From an uncultured virus (IMG/VR IMGVR_UViG_3300044641_008909) (lineage: Duplodnaviria; Heunggongvirae; Uroviricota; Caudoviricetes), in IMG/VR virus record IMGVR_UViG_3300044641_008909: a DNA stretch of 20,000 bases; one strand, 5' to 3'. How positions within the stretch are numbered: position 1 is the first letter of the stretch; each line of letters opens with the position of its first letter. Under the pieces are notes generated by a model. That model did not search any database and was not told the origin of the DNA. It saw nothing but the letters and a program-made list of their open reading frames with translations. Both the position numbers and the translations under genes were made by a program. This document shows positions 15,758 through 20,000 of this stretch, in pieces.

Positions 15758-17884
15758 TCAAACATCATAAGGTAATGAATTAGCAAATCCACTTCTAATA
15801 ACACAAAGATTTGGCATTACAAACATACCACCACTAACAGATATTCCTATTGATTGCTGCATGTCTCCAGAAAGAAATGGTGCTTGTAAAGTTCCGCCAG
15901 CATTAGTAAATCCACTTCTACTAACAACATATCCACCAGATCCAGTATAAAGCAAAGTGCCGTCAAATCCACTAGAAATCATACCAGAAGCAGTGTTAAA
16001 TATTCTTCCATAAGAAACAACTGTACATGCTGTTCCACTTAATGCACCACTCATTGTCACACCTATTGCAGGTAATCTTAATCCAGATCCAGCTTGTGCA
16101 GCCAAAATAACACCACCAGATCCCATACACACAGCTTTAATACCAGATATTAGCTCTCCAGCATTGAAGTTTGTAGTTATAATTCTTGATGCTTGTGCTG
16201 CTACTGTTGTTTGGGTTATATGAATACTATCAATTTGACCACTGCCAATATTGGTTGCTGTTATTGCTCCATCAGCAATGTGTACGCTTCCGATTTGTCC
16301 GCTGCCAATATTACCAGAAAGTAAACCGCCTGCTGCTATATTAACCCAGCTGATAACACCGCTGGCAATGATTCCACTAACAAATACTCCACTTGCTAAA
16401 TGAACACCAGCAAATTGTCCCGATGCAATCGATCCGCTTCTTACACATCCAGAACCAAGATGAAATTCTCCAATTTGACCAGACGCTATTGCTCCACTTG
16501 TTATTGCACCTGATCCAATATTTGTACTTAAGATTGCACCTGAAGCAATGTTATTGCCATTTATTTGACCTGAAGCAATATTGGAGGCAAATACAGCAGA
16601 ATCACCTACCATGCCTGATTTTATATCACCAGATCTAATATTTGGAGTTGTAAAAATACCACTGGCAAGGTGTCCACTAGCAATTTGTCCACTTGCTATA
16701 TTACCACTGACAATAGCTCCGCTACTGATCTTGCCGCTAGTGATAGCTCCAGATGCCAAATGAAATTGTCCTATAGATCCACTCGCTATATTTCCGCTTC
16801 TTACAGAACCAGATGCAAGATGATTGATACCAATTTGTCCACTAGCAATGTTTCCACTAAGAATAGCATTATCAGCTATGGCATTGATATCAACGGCTCC
16901 TGACGCAATATTACCAGAAAGAACTGAGAAAAGACCAAGATTTCCACTTCTTACTGCTCCAGAAGTAATATGATAGCTTTGTATTGCAAATTGAGCTATG
17001 TGAAAACTTTGAATTGCACCACTTGCTATATGTAATTGACCAATTTGACCAGAAGCAACATGTGCGCTCATGACTGCGCCTGCATTTATTTTACCGCTTG
17101 TAATTGCACCGCTTGCAATGTGGAATGATCCAACTTGACCAGAGGCAATATATCCAGATGTAATTGCACCAGAAGCTATATGAAATGATCCAATTTGACC
17201 ACTTCCTATATTTGAACTAGTTACTGCACCACTTGCAAGATGAAATTGTCCAACTTGACCACTTGCTATATTTCCGCTAGTTACAGCATTATTGCCAATG
17301 TTTCCAGATTGAACTTGTCCAGAAGAAAGAACAATTGCTCCACTTGCAAGATGAAATTGTCCAACTTGACCACTTGCTATATTTCCGCTAGTTACAGCAT
17401 TATTGCCAATGTTTCCAGATTGAACTTGTCCAGAAGAAAGAGTAATTGCTCCAGAACTAAGATGAAATTGTCCAATTTGACCAGAAGCGATATTACCACT
17501 AAATATTGCATTATCACCAACATTTCCAGATTGAACTTGTCCAGAAGATAATACAATTGCACCACTAGCTATGTGAAATTGTCCAATTTGACCAGATGCG
17601 ATGTTTCCACTAGTTACAGCGTTGTTACCAATTAAACCAGAAGTCACAGAACCAGAAGTAAGACTAGCCCCACCGCCACCGCCTACACCAGAAGCTAAGT
17701 GAAAAGCTCCAATTTGCCCACTAGCAATGTTACCGCTAAAGACAACAGGAGTACTTAATTGACCACTTGTTATATTTCCAGAAGCTCCAACAGAAGCCCA
17801 ATAAATATCATTCCAAATCCAGCTTTTGGATAAGTAATCGTATCTTTGACCGGAAGATGGTGAAGTTGGAAAATCAATTGGCAT
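15758..17884 (-). CDS. 708-aa SG-repeat fibre-like virion protein, paralogue of the 1702-aa protein without propellers
   Basis: Near-identical first ~70 aa, long SGNIASGQIGQFHLASG-type repeats, shared C-terminal domain (GIKAVC...SGLRLPAIGVT...MQQ.IGI..SGG.FVMP...LPY). Confidence 0.78.
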   Translation of the reverse strand: MPIDFPTSPSSGQRYDYLSKSWIWNDIYWASVGASGNITSGQLSTPVVFSGNIASGQIGAFHLASGVGGGGGASLTSGSVTSGLIGNNAVTSGNIASGQIGQFHIASGAIVLSSGQVQSGNVGDNAIFSGNIASGQIGQFHLSSGAITLSSGQVQSGNIGNNAVTSGNIASGQVGQFHLASGAIVLSSGQVQSGNIGNNAVTSGNIASGQVGQFHLASGAVTSSNIGSGQIGSFHIASGAITSGYIASGQVGSFHIASGAITSGKINAGAVMSAHVASGQIGQLHIASGAIQSFHIAQFAIQSYHITSGAVRSGNLGLFSVLSGNIASGAVDINAIADNAILSGNIASGQIGINHLASGSVRSGNIASGSIGQFHLASGAITSGKISSGAIVSGNIASGQIASGHLASGIFTTPNIRSGDIKSGMVGDSAVFASNIASGQINGNNIASGAILSTNIGSGAITSGAIASGQIGEFHLGSGCVRSGSIASGQFAGVHLASGVFVSGIIASGVISWVNIAAGGLLSGNIGSGQIGSVHIADGAITATNIGSGQIDSIHITQTTVAAQASRIITTNFNAGELISGIKAVCMGSGGVILAAQAGSGLRLPAIGVTMSGALSGTACTVVSYGRIFNTASGMISSGFDGTLLYTGSGGYVVSRSGFTNAGGTLQAPFLSGDMQQSIGISVSGGMFVMPNLCVIRSGFANSLPYDV
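17229..17450. repeat. 111-bp coding tandem repeat (37 aa)
   Basis: 17229-17330 is identical to 17340-17441 (102 nt); more diverged copies continue to about 17620. Confidence 0.9.
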
Positions 17885-17913
17885 AAATCAAAACTTTCTT
17901 AATTTAAATTAGT

Positions 17914-17919
17914 TATTTA
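17914..17919 (-). promoter_or_regulatory. Candidate late promoter core (TAAATA) for the 708-aa and 1702-aa genes
   Basis: Minus-strand TAAATA in the 39-nt intergenic gap, about 30 nt before ATG 17884. Confidence 0.35.
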
Positions 17920-17923
17920 ATGG

Positions 17924-20000
17924 TTAAAATTGTACCCATTGCGAACTACTTCCATCATTTACATAAGTTAGTAATACTCCATCATCTGTATAATACCATC
18001 TATCTCCCTCACTAGGACTAGATGGTGCTGATGAACTAGATGTAAATTTAGCTACACTTCCAGATGAAAAATGGATAGTTCCAATTTGTCCACTACCAAC
18101 ACTTCCACTGACAATAGCGGCATTACCTATGTAGCCAGATGTAACACTACCAGAAGTAAGACTTGATCCTCCTACACCAGAAGCTAAGTGAAATTGTCCA
18201 ATTTGACCACTACCAATTGCTCCTGAAAGCAATCCGCCCGAAGCAATATGTAATGTAAATATTTGTCCAGAAGCAATATTTCCACTTACTACAGCAGCGT
18301 CACCTATGAATCCAGAAGTAATATTTCCTGAAAGTAATCTGAAAACTACGCCACTAGCAATATTTCCAGAAGTTACTTGACCAGAACCAAGGGACAATGT
18401 TGTGATTAATCCAGAAATTAAATGATTAACACCAATGCTTCCACTAGCAATACTTCCACTGACTACAGCAGCATTTCCAATATTTCCACTAGTGATAGAT
18501 CCTGAAGCAGTTGTGTTCATTACCTGAACAGCAGTTAAAATGACAGAAGGAATAGCTGGGTGAATATGACCACTAATCAAAGCTTCGGCGAATAATCTTA
18601 AATCTGCATCTGCGGAATACCAAGCAATTTCTGTATAATCACCTGAAGAAACAGATAAAACCCAGTTCCATGCTGCTACTACTTTAGCATTATTTCCAGT
18701 CAAATCAAGTCTTGTGCTACTATCAGCAACATTTGCGCCATTTCTTTTTAACCAAATATCAATTTGATCTGTGCCAGAATCTGTTTTATCAAGTTGCGCT
18801 GAAAACTGAATATTATAAGTTCCGGGGTATCCAAATACGATATTTGATCCCGATCTAACTGAAATTCCATTTGCTTCGGCAACATTATTATATGTCATTA
18901 AATTGCCAGAAGCTAATCCAACATTAGTTTGCGTTACATCTGAATATGCTGAAATGTAATATCCAAGAGGAACTTCACCTGTTGTTCCAATTGTAACCAG
19001 ATTAGGATTATTTGTGATTGATATATTTCCAGCAGCGGCAATTGTTTTGTATTCATTTGCTGTTGCTCCAGCATTGATTCCAAGAATTTGATTTGCTGTT
19101 CCAGAAATATAAGTCGGAACTAAAACACCAGAAGCAATATGATTTCTTCCTATTTGTCCTGACCCAATACTTCCAGAAATGACAGAACTGTCACCTAATT
19201 TACCACTTAAAACACCACCAGATGTAATGTTATTATTGAAAACTGCACCTGCACCAATCATTCCAGAAGTTATGATTCCAGAAGTCAAAAAGCCAACAAC
19301 AACTCCCGAAGCTAAATGAACACTTCCAATGCTTCCACTAGCAATACTTCCGCTTACTACAGCAGCATTTCCAATAAATCCAGATGTAACAGAGCCAGAA
19401 GTAAGACTTGCTCCACCACCACCTACACCAGAAGCTAAGTGAAATTGTCCAATTTGTCCACTGCCAATACTTCCACTTACTACAGCAGCGTTACCAATAA
19501 ATCCAGACTGAACTTGTCCGCTTTGTAGCACAACAGCGCCGTCTGCCATGATGTTTGTGCTAACACCACCGCCACCGCTTGTAATTTGAAGATAAAAACC
19601 TCTAGCACTACCACCTTGTTCAAAAAATCTTAATCTATCTTGATAAAGATCTATAGTAACACCAGTACCACTTAGTGTTGTGTTGGTCTGTGCTTTAGCT
19701 AATAGTATTTCTCCACCTTCATCTCCCACTGAGTTTGTTAGTGTGAGTAGATTTGCACTTAAAATTGTGCCATCCCATGTCAAACCAGATGAACCAGTTA
19801 ATGCTGCACCATTATTTACTTGAACTTGTCCAGAAGAACCACCAGTTATTGTTCCACTAGCAATGTTTCCACTAACAACGCTATTTGCAGCTAAATGTCC
19901 ACTATTAACAGCACCAGAACTCAGATGCATTCTGCCAATTTGTCCAGAAGATATATCTCCAGATTGAACTGCACCATCAGCTAAATGAACAGAACCGATA
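17924..20000 (-). CDS. SG-repeat fibre-like virion protein, 5'-truncated by the window
   Basis: Frame stays open beyond the ORF-track Met 19930 to the window edge (IGSVHLADGAVQSGDISSGQIGRMH...). Contains a GDEGGEI...RFFEQGG module (~19580-19740), a C1q/BclA-CTD-like beta-sandwich (GTYNIQFSAQL...IWLKRNG...WNWVLSVSSGDYTEIAW, ~18510-18965) and a C-terminal APSSPSEGDRWY...SSQWV motif. Confidence 0.78.
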   Translation of the reverse strand, partial: IGSVHLADGAVQSGDISSGQIGRMHLSSGAVNSGHLAANSVVSGNIASGTITGGSSGQVQVNNGAALTGSSGLTWDGTILSANLLTLTNSVGDEGGEILLAKAQTNTTLSGTGVTIDLYQDRLRFFEQGGSARGFYLQITSGGGGVSTNIMADGAVVLQSGQVQSGFIGNAAVVSGSIGSGQIGQFHLASGVGGGGASLTSGSVTSGFIGNAAVVSGSIASGSIGSVHLASGVVVGFLTSGIITSGMIGAGAVFNNNITSGGVLSGKLGDSSVISGSIGSGQIGRNHIASGVLVPTYISGTANQILGINAGATANEYKTIAAAGNISITNNPNLVTIGTTGEVPLGYYISAYSDVTQTNVGLASGNLMTYNNVAEANGISVRSGSNIVFGYPGTYNIQFSAQLDKTDSGTDQIDIWLKRNGANVADSSTRLDLTGNNAKVVAAWNWVLSVSSGDYTEIAWYSADADLRLFAEALISGHIHPAIPSVILTAVQVMNTTASGSITSGNIGNAAVVSGSIASGSIGVNHLISGLITTLSLGSGQVTSGNIASGVVFRLLSGNITSGFIGDAAVVSGNIASGQIFTLHIASGGLLSGAIGSGQIGQFHLASGVGGSSLTSGSVTSGYIGNAAIVSGSVGSGQIGTIHFSSGSVAKFTSSSSAPSSPSEGDRWYYTDDGVLLTYVNDGSSSQWVQF

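Noticed and set aside
11018..17551. Plus-strand ORFs opposite the fibre genes, including the similar pair 14215-14415 and 17240-17551
   Set aside because: Antisense shadows of repetitive coding DNA; their similarity comes from the shared minus-strand repeat.
1..20000. Stop-codon reassignment, tRNA/rRNA genes, transposases
   Set aside because: Long ORFs are intact in the standard code, TAA, TGA and TAG all end plausible genes, and no cloverleaf, rRNA-like or transposase sequence was recognised.

Overview
AT-rich segment that most likely comes from a large tailed phage (inferred from gene content, dense packing and T4-late-like TAAATA boxes; host unknown). 1-4965 is an accessory block with alternating strands: 3' end of a GT2 glycosyltransferase, a 60-aa Cys-containing peptide, a DUF6065-like protein, a ParB/Srx-domain protein, a Zn-ribbon protein, a CsrA homologue, a GGCT-fold protein, a basic DUF5872-like protein split by a 138-aa mini-intein, a promoter-to-terminator non-coding segment and a 49-aa membrane peptide. 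4962-10611 is a glycan-modification cluster: a triple SAM-methyltransferase fusion, two GT4s, a GT-A enzyme and a coiled-coil/GT-A fusion. 10636->20000 holds three related Ser-Gly-repeat fibre-like proteins; one carries three sets of six Kelch-like blades. Best leads: (1) a putative virion-fibre glycosylation/methylation system acting on SG repeats, (2) a mini-intein with Cys1 plus the class-3 WCT signature in a non-replication host, (3) a phage CsrA with a near-consensus CsrA site over its own RBS, (4) modular fibres with variable propeller loops. Family assignments come from motif recognition only; no database search was run.
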